From contig JANJGN010000323.1 of assembly GCA_026770705.1 (NCBI GenBank), positions 1 through 64,000 of the forward strand: DNA of 64,000 bases, in the 5' to 3' direction. Made by a program: the position numbers and the translations under genes. The number at the start of each line of letters is the position of its first letter. Position 1 is the first letter of the stretch. Positions 37,096-50,300 of the stretch are shown in pieces. This stretch comes from Isurus oxyrinchus. Taxonomy: Eukaryota. The notes beneath the pieces are model-generated. The model was not told where the DNA came from, searched no databases, and saw only the letters and a list, made by a program, of their open reading frames with translations.

Positions 37096-37903
37096 CTGTG
37101 TATTTAATGAGAAAGGGTTGATGTGTCACTGTGAGTCAAATCAGGAATTGGGGAACAATTGTGAAAACACTTTCATTGAAATGTAGGGCCTTAGTGTTGT
37201 GTTGTAAGCAAACAGTTAACCCTTTGTGTCCTGACTCTGTGACGTGATTCCTGTGTAAAGCTGAGCAGTCGTTGAGCGAGTTTCAATTCACTGCTCACTC
37301 CAGGTGTTGAGGTGGATCTTCTGAAGGAGCAGATGTTGCTCAGCACTCCTTAAAAATGTGAGATACTGAACAACGTGTAAGAGGACGAGAGAGAGAATGA
37401 GAAGCAGAGCATTAGTGGAGATAGGAGAGAGAGTGAATGAGAGAGAGAATTAGAAGGAGAGCATTAGTGGAGATTGGAGAGAGAGGGAATGAGAGAGATA
37501 ATGAGAAGGAGAGCATTAGTGGAGATAAGAGAGGGAGTGAATGAGAGAGAGAATGAGAAGGCGTGCATTAGTGGCGATAAGAGAGAGTGAATGAATCATG
37601 GAAAATGGAAAGAGATTGCATTCACTAACAAAAGGAAGGTTTTTATTTGTATAGCAGCATTCACAAACTCAGGAGGTCAGAAGCTATTTTATGGTCCGGG
37701 TCAACACTGCCAGTTACAGGACTGAGTTGTGAAACAGTGAGTGTTGGATGAGATGTTAAACACTAGGTGAACATCAAAACTCTTCAGGGACTGCGAAGGG
37801 TTTTGGATTGTGAAAGGTGCTATAGAAATGCAAGTTCTTTCTATAAGGAGAGAAGTTTGAAGAAAACATTTTCAAAAACAACCAATTAAACCTTCACACT
37901 TAC

Positions 37904-38000
37904 TTTCTCACACACTTGAAGATGAAGAATCCACTCAGTCCAACACTCAAACAGATTCCAGCTCCAAGCAATCCTGCTTTCCATTCATTGGAATCTCGCC
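37904..38000 (-). CDS. Gene B transmembrane exon (R)RDSNEWKAGLLGAGICLSVGLSGFFIFKCVR(K)
   Basis: Acceptor gattttacag| (phase 1), ~20-aa uncharged hydrophobic stretch followed by K-C-V-R-K, donor AA|GTAAGT (phase 2). Confidence 0.85.
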
Positions 38001-38189
38001 CTGTAAAATCAGCCAATGAATGACTCCGGTACAGTTTGAGAATGGTTCCCTATGTACATATAGTAATTCTGAACTTGTGAAGTGATATTGTCTATGCATG
38101 AAAGGTCTATACAAATAACATTTATCTATGTAATATTTATTGATAATATCCATGTACATGCAGGTTTCTATAAGGAGGATTCACATATA

Positions 38190-39230
38190 ACAGAGGTGCC
38201 AAGCTGCTGAGGTGACACACAGGACTACATACACACCAAACAGCGGAAACAACATGCTATAGACAGAGCAAAGCGATCCCACAACCAACGGGTCAGATCT
38301 AAGCTCTGCAGTCCTGCCACATCCAGTCATGAATGGTGATGGACAATAAAGATCTAACAGGAGGAGGATGTTCCACAAATATCCCCATCCTTAATGATGG
38401 GGGAGCTCAGCACATCAGTGCAAACGACAAGGCTGAAGCATTGGCAACCATGTTCAGCCAGAAGTGCTGAGTGGATGATCCATCTCGGCCTCTTCCAGAG
38501 GGTCCCAGCATCACAGATGTCAGCTTTCAGACAATTCGATTGACTCCACGTGACATCAGGAATCAGCTGATGATACTGGATACAGCAAAGGCTATTGGCC
38601 CTGGCAACAACCCAGCAACAGGAAATAATGTGGCTACAAGAGCGGGTAAGAGGCTGGGAACTCTGCAGTGAGTAATTCAACTCCTGACCCCCCAAAGCCT
38701 GTCCACCATCGGACAAGGCACAAGTCAGGAGTGTGATGGAATAATCTCCACTTGGCTGGATGAGTGCAGCTCCAACAACACTCAAGAAGCTCGACACCAT
38801 CCAGGAGCAGCTTGTTTGATCGACAGCCAATCCACCAGCATAAACATTCATACCCTCCACCACTGGCACACAATGGCAGCAGTGTGCACCATGTACAAGA
38901 TGCGCTGCAGCAACTCACCAAGGCTCCTTCGACAGCACCTTCCAAACCCTTAACCTCTTCCACCAAGACAGTTCCAAGTCAGTGAGGTGTGTGACTTGGA
39001 GGCGAACTTGAGGTGGTGGTCTGCCCTGGGACTTGGAACTATATCGGCCGTTCCTTCACCGTCGCTGGGTCAAAATCCTGGAACTCCCTCCCTAACAGCA
39101 CTGTGGGTGTACCTACACCACATGGACTGCAGTGGTTAAAGAAGGCAGCTCACCACCACCTTCTCAAGGGGCAGTTACAGATGGGCAATAATTTCTGGCC
39201 TTGTCAACAATACTCACATCCCATGAGCTA
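38190..39230 (+). mobile_element. CR1-clade LINE fragment with internal deletion
   Basis: Homologous to 20950-21240 and 22710-22890. Confidence 0.8.
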
Positions 39231-39264
39231 ATAATAAGAGAACGTTCAATTCTGTGTAACTCAC

Positions 39265-39546
39265 GTTCCACAGTGATGTTTATGAATCCCTCCACTGCTC
39301 CATGTTCATTCTCTGCCACACACTGATAGTCTCCAGTGTCCCTGGATGTAACGTGAGGAATCACCAACCACAGCTCATTGTTGGAACTTGTTCTGTTCAT
39401 TGGGACATTAAGATGTCGCCACGTCAGGTTAGAAGCTGGGAAGCTCTCGACAGAGCAGATTATCACTGCAGAATTCCCCTCAATTATATTGATCGATGAA
39501 GCGTTAATCATATCAAGAAAATTAATTGAGAGATTCTGTGGTGCAT
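39265..39546 (-). CDS. Gene B second C2/I-set Ig exon (DAPQNLSINF...IEGNSAVIICSVESFPASNLTW...RDTGDYQCVAENEHGAVEGFINITVE)
   Basis: 282 nt, phase 1/1, canonical C...W...DxGxYxC, acceptor tttgtttatag|, donor C|GTGAGT. Confidence 0.93.
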
Positions 39547-40290
39547 CTATAAACAAATAAACATCAATTAAGTTACACTGACTGTGAAGCACTTTGAAAG
39601 ACACTTAGAATGTGAAAGGTATGATCTCAATGTAGGTTCTTTTTCACAAAGCCCGTAATCCAGGCAGAGACTTCAGTTCAGTACTGAGGGAGTGCTGCAC
39701 TGTCAGAGGGTCAGTACTGAGGGAGTGTTGCACTGTCAGTGGGTCAGTCCTGAGGGAGTGCTGCACTGTCAGAGAGTCAGTACTGAGGGAGCACTGCACC
39801 GTCAGAGGTTCAGTGCTGAGGGAGTGCGGCACTGTCAGAGGGTCATTACTGAGGGAGTGCTGTACTGTTGGTGGGTAAGTACTGAGGGAGTGCTGCACTG
39901 TCAGAGAGTCAGTACTGAGGGAGTGCTGTACTGTCAGAGGTTCAGTACATAGGGACAGCTGCACTGTCTGATGGTCAGTCCAGAGGGGGTGCTGCACTGT
40001 TGGAGGGTCAGAACTCGGGGGGTGCTGCAGTGTGGGAGGGCCAGTACTGAGGGAGCACTGCACTGTTGAAGAGTCAGTACTGAGGGAGTGCTGCACTATC
40101 GAAGGTTCAGAACTGAGGGAGTGCTGCAGTGTTGGAGATTCAGTATTTAGGGACTGCTGCAGTGTCAGAGGCGAATTTGTATCAGTTAAAGACTATTGAT
40201 TTGTTGCTAAACACAATGCAGTTGTGGGATCTTGCAGTGTACTATGTAGAGCTTTCTAGCTAATGTAGATGGAAGGGTGTCCGTTCTTAC

Positions 40291-40587
40291 CTTGCACAGT
40301 TAGTACGAGGGTCCGCTCCGATGAAACAGATGGATATCTCACTCTGCAGCTGAGAGTGTGTCCGTGGTGTTTGAGTGATGGGATCAGGGTCAGAACAGAA
40401 GTATAGGTCAGAGTGACACCATGCTGAGTTACAGTGTTTGAGACTGATCCAGGTACGTCAGTGGGAGTGTCCCAGGTTAAGACAGGTGCTGCTGTTCCAT
40501 TGCACGTTGTGTTGAAGGTGCAGCTTACATCCACACGCTTTCCTGCAATAATTTCAGCAGGGAATATCGTGGGTTTATCTGTGAAAT
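40291..40587 (-). CDS. Gene B first C2-set Ig exon (DFTDKPTIFP...DVSCTFNTTCNGTAAPVLTW...LSCRVRYPSVSSERTLVLTVQ)
   Basis: 297 nt, phase 1/1, open frame, Siglec domain-2 signature including the BC-loop Cys. Confidence 0.93.
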
Positions 40588-41325
40588 CTAACAGACAGAG
40601 AATGGATCCTTTTAGACAAATATAACGTGAAGCATCAGTTCAAATAGAAACCACAGTCCCACAAGAGAAAGCACTTTTACAAGGATGATATCAGAACTGA
40701 GAGGTTACAATGATCAGGAGAGCATTTCCTGCTTTGACACTTTGGTGTTTCTGTCTCGCAGCTTAACACACGTTCACTCCGAGACACTTGAACTGATAAT
40801 AGTGGGTGAGGGTGGAGGAGCAGACCAGAGTTTGGAGTGCACTACCCCATCATTCACTCAGCAATCTGGGCCATTTATTACTTTGCAATTTGTGGGAGCT
40901 TGCTGTGCGCAAATTGGCTGCTGTGTTTCTCACATTACAACAGTAACTACAATTCAGGAATCAGCTCATTGGCTGTGAAGTGATTTGGTACGTTCTGAGG
41001 TGGTGAAAGGTGCTATAGAAATGTGAATCTTTCTTCTGTCGATATGTCAGGCTTCGAGACATTAGAGATTAGGATTAGAGAGATCGATGGGAGTGGATAA
41101 CCTGATAACATTGATGGACACAGTCAATATATTTAATCATTGATATTAAAGTGAGTATTAGAGGTTGCTTTAGGACTGAACTGGAAGCTATCACCAGGAT
41201 ATCGAGAATCAGACAGTGTGTTATAATAAGCTGTGTTTTGTGTTAATATGTAAACATCATAGTTTGTGTTATTTCCCATTGAGTGTTGAATGTGAAATGT
41301 TGAGTAATTATAACACAGCACTTAC

Positions 41326-41691
41326 CAGAAACATGAAGCTGGGTTACAGGGTAATAGTTATAGCTCGGAGCATTGTCAAATTCTATTCTGAAAAAATAAG
41401 GTCCTGCATCTTCCCGTCTGATGTTGTTTATAATCAGAGAACAGTCGCCATCTTTCAGGTCTCCAGACAGCCGGGTCCGATGGTGGAACTGTGGTAACTC
41501 GTGACTGTGATCCTTGGAGTGAAAGGCTATAGACAATGTTCTCCGTTCCTCATTATTAAACCAGACTCCAACTCGTGGTTGGTTTTCCAGACACGATGGA
41601 TAACTGTAATGACATGGAATCTGTACACAGGAATCTTCCTGCGCTGTCACCTCTCGTGGAGTGTCACCTTTCCACTCTTGTGACAGTCCAA
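41326..41691 (-). CDS. Gene B membrane-proximal Siglec V-set exon (Vb) with essential Arg (DAGPYFFRIE)
   Basis: 366 nt, phase 1/1; SCVQIPC, W, GDLKDGDCSL; no F-strand Cys; F-R-x-E motif typical of sialic-acid-binding V-sets. Confidence 0.93.
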
Positions 41692-43659
41692 CTGTGGAGA
41701 GAAATCTCAATATTTATCTCTGGATGTTTTGTGGATCCACTGAACCCGATATTTACAGATGAGACAGAATTTGGAGGATGGTTAATACTGAGGAGAATGG
41801 CAACAAATTATTTTGGCAGGATGAATAGAAAAACAGAATATTATTTAAATGGAGAGAGGCTGCAGAATGCAGTACAGAGGGATCTGGGTGTCCTGGTACA
41901 TGAATCACAGAAAGTCAGCATTCAGGAACACCACGGAATGAGGAAGGCAAGTGGAATGTTGGCCTTTATTGCAAAGGGATGGAGTATAAAAGGAGGGAAG
42001 TCTTGCAACAGCTGCACAGGGCGTTGGTGAGAATGTAACAGGATCATTGTGTACAGGCAGTTCAGAGAAGCTTCACTGGGCTGATTCCTGGGATTAAAGG
42101 GTTTGTCCTGTGAGGAAATGTTGAGCAGGTTGGGCCTGTATCCATTGGAGTTTAGAAGAATGAGGGGTGACCTTATTGAAACATATCCGATTCCGAGGGG
42201 GCTTGACAGGGTGGATGCTGGGAGGATGTTTCCCCCTCGTGGGGGAATCTAGAACCAGGGAGCACAGTTTCGGAATGAGGACTCTCCCATTTAAGACTGA
42301 GATGAGGAGGAATTTCCTCTCTCAGAGGGGCGCTAGCCTGTGGAATTCTCTTCCCCAGAGAGCAGTGGAGGCTGGGCCATTGAATAGACTCAAGGCTGAG
42401 TGAGGCAGGTTTTTGATCGACAAGGGAGTCAAGGGTTTGGGGGACAGGCAGGAAAATGGAGTTAAGGACACCACCAGATCAGTGAGAGCAGGCTCGAGGG
42501 GCCGAATGGCCTGCTCCTGTCCCTATTTCTTATGTTCCTACATTCTTACCTTCTTAAAATATTAAAGCTGCAGAATAAACATGCAAGTGAATGACCCGCT
42601 CGACCCACCTTCCATCTGGGGGTCCCATGGGGAGGACCCTTCCTGAGCCAGATCCACCAGCCAACATGGTCTGGATCCGAGCACTGGAGACACGGTGGGG
42701 AGTGACTAACAGGCTCCTTGTGACAGGCCCCATCTGTCCAATGGCTGGCTTTCAGCTGCCATGGCCAGAGTGGTCCTTGCTAAAACCGGCTCAGGACAGG
42801 CCAGGACCCCTGTGCAAACCCCCTCCAGCACGGCAGCCTCTGTACAAACCCCTCATGTGCTTGTGGATAGACACAAACAAGGCTGCACATTACCGAGGAG
42901 AATCCCCTCTACGGACTAAGGGGCTGACTCATCACCTTAAACTCAGCAAATGAGGAGGCTCTCGCTCGGTATCAGGGCTTGGCATTGGCTCAATAAAAAT
43001 AATCAAATTACATTTTGGTCAGAAATCTAAGGATGTTGTACATTCCCTCAAAAATAAGACTCAAGGCTGAAGGCACAACTGCCGATGTTGGAGTTTTGGG
43101 ATCGGGGGATGGTCAAGAGGCTTGGATTGGAGGAGCGCAGAGACCTCATATGGTTGGAGTGACTGGAGGAGGTTACAGAGATAGGAAGTGTTGTACGGTC
43201 TGAAAAAGTTAAGAGAGATTGGGAGAGTGTAGGGTCTGGAGGAGATTACAGAGACAGTGAGGGTTGTAGTGATTGGAGGAGTTACAGAGATAGGGAGGGT
43301 TGTAGCCGCTGGAAAAGTTAAGAGAGATTGGGAGAGTGTAGGGTCTGGAGGAGTTTGCAGAGGTCGGGAGGGTTGTAGTGACTGGGGCAGGTTACAGGGG
43401 CAGGGAAAGTTGTCGGGACTGGAGCAGGCTACAGAGATACGGAAGCTTTTAGGGGCAGGAGGAAGTTACAGAAATAGGGAGGTTTGTAGTGGCTGGAGGA
43501 GGTTGCAGAGATTGGTAGGTTTGTTTTGGCAGGATGAATTTACAGCTATAGGGAAGTGGTAGAGAATTGAAGAGGTTACAGAGAATGGGATGATTGTAGG
43601 TACTGGAGGAGGACAAGGAGATTACAGAGATAGTGAGGAAACAAAGATGAAAATTTGGA

Positions 43660-44610
43660 CATTGAGACTTTGCTTGACCAGGAGCCAGTCTCGGTCATCG
43701 AGCAGAGCGGGTGATAAGGGAACGGGACTTGGTGTGAGTAAGGACGTGGTCAGCAGTTTTGGATGGCCTCAAGTTTACGGAGTGTAGAGCGTGTGTTGGA
43801 ACAGTCGAGTCTGGAGGTAATGAAGGTGTGGATGAGGGTTTCAGCAGCAGATGAGCTGAGACAGGGTGATGTCGTGCGATGTTACGGAGGTGGAAATAGA
43901 CGGTGTTAGTGAGGGCGCAGATATGAGGCCGGAAGCTCATCTCAGGATCAAATGGGACAACAAAGCTGTGAACAGATTGGCTTCAATCTCAGAGAGCTGT
44001 CAGGGAGAGGAATGGAGTTGGTAGCGAGGGAACAGAGTTTGGAGCGGGGAATGAAGACAATGGCTTCAGTCTTTCCAATATTTAATTGGAGGGAATTTCT
44101 GCCCATCCAGTACTGGATGTCGGATAAGCAGCCTGAAAATAAGCAGCAGTGGAGGAGTCGAGAGAGGTGGTGGTGAGGTAGAGCTGGGCATCCTCAGTGG
44201 ACAGGTGAAAACTAACACTGTTCAGATGATGCTGCAAAGCCATTGCAAGTGATTCTCTGGCTACGATGAGATGGATAAGAATGGAGCCAGGGGAGAGCAG
44301 TCCCACCCAGCTGGACGACAGTGGAGAGGTGTTGGAGGAGGATGGTGTGGTCGAGCGTGTCAAAGGCTGCAGACAGATCGAGAAGGACGAGGAGGGAAAG
44401 TTGACCTTTGTCACAGTCACACAGGATGCCATTTGTGACCTTGATAAGAGCTGTTTCAGCACAGTGGCTGGGGTGGGAACCTGATTGGAGGGATTCAAAC
44501 ATGGAGATCCGGGAAAGATGGGAACGGATTCGGGAGATGGAAACACGTTCAAGGACTTTGGAGGGGAACGAGAGGCTGGAGATGGGACGGGGGTTTACAC
44601 GGACAGTGTG
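43660..44610 (-). mobile_element. L2-clade LINE RT fragment
   Basis: RPISSLSFPSKVLER...ETALIKVTNGIL..D.GQLSLLVLLDLSAAFDTLDHTILL. Confidence 0.85.
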
Positions 44611-44866
44611 AGGGGTGAAAGGTGTAGTGGGGAGGAGATACTTCACTCAGGGGGGAGGTGTCATCACCCCTCAGCTCGGTTTACATTACAGCTATGATGT
44701 GGATTCAATCACACACAATAAGCTCATGGATCTGGGAGCAGAAATAGACAAATCATTAAAAATAGTGACGCTGGTTAACACGGCCAAAAAACAAGCAAAT
44801 CAAACACTATTATTTCCCATTGAGTGTTGGATGTGAATTGGTGAGTAATTATAACACAGCACTTAC

Positions 44867-45244
44867 CAGAAACGTGAAGCTGGGTTACAGGGGAAACGTT
44901 ATGGCTCGGACGATTGCCAAATTTTATCGTGAAAAAATAAGGTCCTGCATCTTCCCGTCTGATGTTGTTTATAATCAGGGAACAGTCGCCATCTTTCAGG
45001 TCTCCAGACAGCCGGGTCCGATGGCGGAACCGTGGTAACTCGTGACTGTGTCCCTTGGAGTGAAAGGCTATAGACCATTTAGACCATTTGTTCCGTATGT
45101 ACCTTCTCATTTTCCAGATTCCGACATGTGGTTTCTTTACCAAATCTGATGGATAACTGTAATGACATGGAATCTGTACACACAAACCTTCCTGCGCTGT
45201 CACCTCTCGTGGAGTATCACCTTTCCACTCTTGTGACAATCCAA
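44867..45244 (-). CDS. Gene B distal Siglec V-set exon (Va) lacking the essential Arg (DAGPYFFTIK)
   Basis: 378 nt, phase 1/1, intact splice sites and frame; Arg->Thr; basic C-C' loop KMRRYIRNKWSKWS. Confidence 0.88.
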
Positions 45245-47349
45245 CTGGGGAGAGAAATATCAATATTTAACTCTGGATGTTTTGTTGATCCACTAGACTC
45301 GATATCCACCCCCTCCATCACTCGGGCACAGTGGCTGCAGTGTGGACCATCTACAGGACACACAATGAACTCCACAAGATATCACACCAGATGGAAGAGA
45401 ATCCTGGACACAAAAGCGGAAAAGTTCATTCTACATTGGTTCATGGTCCTCAGGGACCCTGTTTGTGCAGAAGCCTGTTCTCCAACAGAACTGAAGTTGG
45501 GGAAAATGCATTTGGAATTCCATTGTCCGGGGCATTGGGTTAACTTGCTGATTTTGTTTTAAATCTAACATCTATTTTTGGTCTGTTGCCTTAAAGGGAC
45601 TGTAACTGGGAGTCAGGTTAATTAGGAATTTTAGGAGTTATGATAGCAGTCTTGTAGTTACGTATGTGCTTGAAATCCTTTATTTTGATGACAAATATGT
45701 TAATTTATTGTTTTAAATCTCTAAAGGTATTGGTGGAGTTATTGCTTCTGGATTAAGTGCACACATTTCATAATAAATACAAATTGCAAAATCATTATGA
45801 TAGTGTGACCACCTTTCTCTCAGGGACTTGGTCTGCCTAGCACACATCACCTGCCAAGTGATAACACTGTTGTAATATGCCTTTCAGGGACAGCAGCATG
45901 ACATCACTCGAGAGGAAGTGTGTCATGTGATTTTTAGGAACTGGTGTTCGCTTAAGTAAGTTCTATGTGTATTTGTGTGCGTTAGGCAAAAGGTCTATCT
46001 TTAAGTTCAAGTTTAGTTTGTATTTCTGTATTTGGGTGTTGAGAAAAGGGGGAACTTGAGTTAAAAAGAAGCCAGCATTCCATTGAGGTTTTATGACTGT
46101 CGAAGGGAAGTCAAAACAAATACAAGGTGTAAGAAACTGTGCTGTTGCCTAGCAACAGTGATCCAGGGGGAAGGACCCACAGAGACCGAGAAAAACAGAA
46201 AAGTACTTTCAGTTCTGTTGAAAGGAGTTGCCAGGAGAAGCAGCAAAGGAGCGGGACAGATAGTCAGTCCCAAAGTAAAGAAGAAGCCAAAACTATAGAG
46301 TTTGACAGGAGAAAGGGCCCAAGAAGACGTTCTAGTCAAATCTGGAAAAGGCCCTGTTAAGTGAAGTTAAGAGTGAGGAGCAGAAGAAGGCTTCAAGCAT
46401 AAAGGGAGAAAGCAGCAGGACACAGACCTAAAGCAAAATAGGCTTGTGAGAAGCCAGAAGATCCTAGGAGACACCACAGGTTGGTGACTCATTACTACGG
46501 CCATGTGAAGCCATGGTGTTCCATTGACACGGCTGAGCATTGGAGAGACAGGGAGTGGAAGGAAGGCTGAATGCACGTGGCGATCCAGGGGACAGGAACA
46601 TGGGAAGGAGAGTTTGAAATAGTGAAAGTGGTCCCGTGTGGAAGGTGTCTGAGTGAAAGTGTCATGATGGAGAAGATTCCAAAGTGAGTTCTTGCAGAGT
46701 GGAGATTGGAAACTCTCATATGAAAGAAGCTTTTCAGTGAGACTGGTTGGCTCACAGTGTAACAAGCGTCTGGGGACAGATGAGACATAGAAGTTGTTTC
46801 AAGTGGGCTCTGCCACTTGCTTTCAGAATGTTGTGTCCCTGACCACAGGTCGTCTATTGGTTTACACGGACTGTGTACTTAGTGTGAACATGAGAATATA
46901 AGATAGTTATCGTAATTTGTGTTCTACTTATGTATCTGTAAAGGTATAGGTCTGGGTGAAGGAGTAATGTCATATAGTTAGTCTTTCCTAGTTTAATAAA
47001 TGTTTTATTCTTTTGTTAGACGTTCATCAGATGACTCCTGTGACTCTGTTCAGTAGCCGCACTCCACATTCCTAAATAAAAAATAAAAGTTAGGACCTAT
47101 CAAGCTGAGTTCCACCCTGGGATCTGACTTGCCCAGTAGTAACATCAGCTGGGATGGTAACACCATCCAGTCCAAGTTTCACTTTGGCCTGTGAGCAGAA
47201 CACAGCTCACACAGTTTGGCTGCAGGTGTCTCCCAGCTTTCTATCCTTGTATATCTGTTCTCATGTCCCTGTTCTAAATAACTGAACCCACAATGTATTT
47301 ACCCAATTCCATATCAGTGGCTGGTGCCTTTATATCATTATAAAAACAT

Positions 47350-50300
47350 AACATGGTGATCAGTGGTGGCCAAACATTCTGGCAGCAAGATTCAGTACAG
47401 GTATGACGTGGTGAACAGCCTGAGATCGAGCTACATGACATGAGACGACCCTCGACGCTTTGGTCAGACCACAACAGAGACACAGCATCAGAGAGGGTTG
47501 AAATCGCAGTGTACTGACTGCTCAGGAAACCTTTGAAGACACAGTGACGGGAAAGAGCTCAAGTAAAGAGCTGGGGAGCAGACGGATCCCTCGTGGTGAG
47601 ATTACAGCACACGGCCTGTAGGTCAGTGAGTGGGACAGTGTGTATCGCCAGGACCAGCAGCGGGTTAGCTCAGTCAGGGAAGGCGAGTGACCAGGGTGTG
47701 GGCTGGATCGATAGTGAGCGAGGGAGAGTCAAACACACAAAAACCATTATAAAAATCAGCCCAGAGAAGTTAGTGATTATAACGGGCGGCTTCGAGATTG
47801 CTGAACAGCAAATTGAATTAAAAACAAAGACTCCATTACTCCGTGGTGTGTTCCTGCCACAACCCGTCTTCGTGGGCGGAGCTTCGGAAAAGCGCACGAA
47901 AGGGGCTAAAGCGACACTCATCCCAGGTCCTGTAGGAGAAGGAAGGTCAAAGGAATATTGTCAGAATGTCCACGAAATTCCCCAGTTTGAACTGGGATGT
48001 AGCTGACCGACTATCTGAATTCAGAATGTTTAAACAGCGTACTGAGCTCTGGTTTCCTGATTCAGGTGTGACTGAACCAGACGAGCAAGCCATAAAAATT
48101 CACCTCGTGATTGGGAATGAAGGTCTACACAGGCTGAACACGTCAGGATTAACAGCAGAAGAGTGAAAGGATTCCCAATAGATATGGACGATATTAGAAG
48201 ACAGGTTCAGAATCAGGTGAAACTCCATATTCATCAACTAGAGTTTATGTCATTTCATCAGCCTACACGATCCATAGACCACTTCATCAGCCGATGTAGA
48301 GAAAAGGGTACGCACTGTGGTTTCAAACACAGAGACTGCAGACAGAGTTGTTGAGTTGGTGATCGCATCCACTCCCATGGATGCCTTCCAGAAAGCTCTG
48401 CTAGATAACACCAAAACCTATAGCATTGAAGAGCTACTCAAGGATGGACATAAATACGAAGGGATCCTCACAGGTCAACGAAGATTACAGGTCCTCTGTA
48501 CAACATCAATTGTTGACACACTCACTAGAACATCCAAACCTAGTGAGATGTGTGGAAGGTGTGGCCTTCTGCAGGCACCAAGGAAATGCCCAGCTTTCCA
48601 TGAATCCTGCAAGGCTTGTGGCAGAAAGGGCCATTGACAGCGGCAGGGCACTAGAGCAAAGGCTGATGCAGCTACAAAGAGCCGTGCGCTGATCCAAAAT
48701 AACCCTACACAGTGGGGAAACTTCAAGCAATAAGAATGACCATCCGCTATCCCATCAGGAACATATACATGTGGTGACTGGCAAACCAGGAAATGGCGAT
48801 GATGTGCACGATGAGACGAGGAGCGGTGATCAATATTCCACCTCTCACACATATCCTGACGTGGCTTGCCAATAAATTGTGGATTGTTGTCCTTAATGAT
48901 CTCTCTGAGCACATCAAATGAACTGAAAATGTCCCATAGGGGTGGGATTTTCTGGCCGCACCCACTGCCAGGATTGTCCGGACCAGCCGAAAGCCATTGG
49001 ATTTATATTTGTCCCAATCTCCCAAGGCAGGTCCTACCATGACCAGGCCAGAAAACCCCAGCCTGGAGTTTGTGCAGCACTTGTGCTCAACGTATTGTGC
49101 AATTGTTGAACAATTTCACACCTTTTACACCATCAATCTCATGGAGAACAGATGCTGTCATATCACCTGCACTATTGACCAAGATTCCAATTATCTGCCC
49201 TGAGAAAGTTGCTACCTCCCCTTTATTGGCCAAGATTGACACAGGGGCAAGTGCCAACATTCCCCTCCCCCAGCCCACCCCAGCAAATTTTCAAAGACAT
49301 GTATCCAAGGATATGGAAGTCCATGGGGAAACCTACTGCTGTGTACAACACTTCACCAACTCCATGTGCAGAATCCATAGTCCTGGAGTGCAAGTACAAT
49401 CAATCCTCCTGGGTGTCACAGATGTTCTACATTGTGGAGACTAAACGCTGAGCAATTACAATCTACCGGCATGCGGTGACCTCACACTAGTGACTATCCA
49501 TGGAATCTGTCAGACCTCACATGGGTCAACCTCAGAAAATACCCCATCACCTCAGTTCATGCCATAACATTGAAATATGCAGAAAGTTTCAACAGTATTG
49601 GCAGTTTCAAGGTAGCTGCAACATTACACCTGCAGGAGAATGCAAGTCTGTCAATTGATCCAGTACATTTAGCACAACAGAAATGACAGCAGCTACAAGA
49701 GGGAACAGTGTAAAATTCTACAGGAACTGTGGAAATATCATTGAAGGGTGGCCTGATTCAATTTGACCTGATCGGCATAAGCGAGGCATCTCCCAGGGAA
49801 CTATTTTTAAAGGCAGGCAGGGCATCATACCGGAACATTTGTGATCCTATATTCTTCAACAACTTCATCCCTCACACATGGACACAGATCAGACAAGGAG
49901 ACTCACAAGAGATACAGTCACTGGCCGGGTATGAACAATTAGCTTGAAGTCATTTGTAGGGAAGTACAAGGCTTGTCAAGAGGCTTGTCAAAGAACCACT
50001 GATTCCACAGGAAATTCCTGCCCATTCTTAGTCCAAAATCTGAATCCTTTCATGTCCATGTCACTGACTTCATCGTCATTGTTGACAGCTTTACCAGATA
50101 TCCCGTTATTCAAAAATAGCACAATACACCAAGCACAACTTCTGCACACACTCGAAGCACTATTTTCAGTTTCTTTGGTGAACCTAGGGACATGATTACA
50201 GATAATCTGGAATATCAATCACACTACTTCTTCTCCTCATTACCCCAGATCTAACAGCCTAGCTGAATGAATGATTCACACAGTGAAATCCCTAATTCTC

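Noticed and set aside
38181-38310. Hydrophobic - strand ORF (LRSDPLVVGSLCSVYSMLFPLFGVYVVLCV...) in the right phase to be gene B's TM exon
   Set aside because: It lies antisense within the CR1 fragment and lacks a polypyrimidine tract. A better TM exon with consensus splice sites is at 37904-38000.
45480-47162. Possible LTRs of the adjacent Gypsy element (TG...CA-ended blocks; a similar type at 63100-63915)
   Set aside because: No matching second LTR or convincing target-site duplication could be found by eye; left as unclassified repeats.
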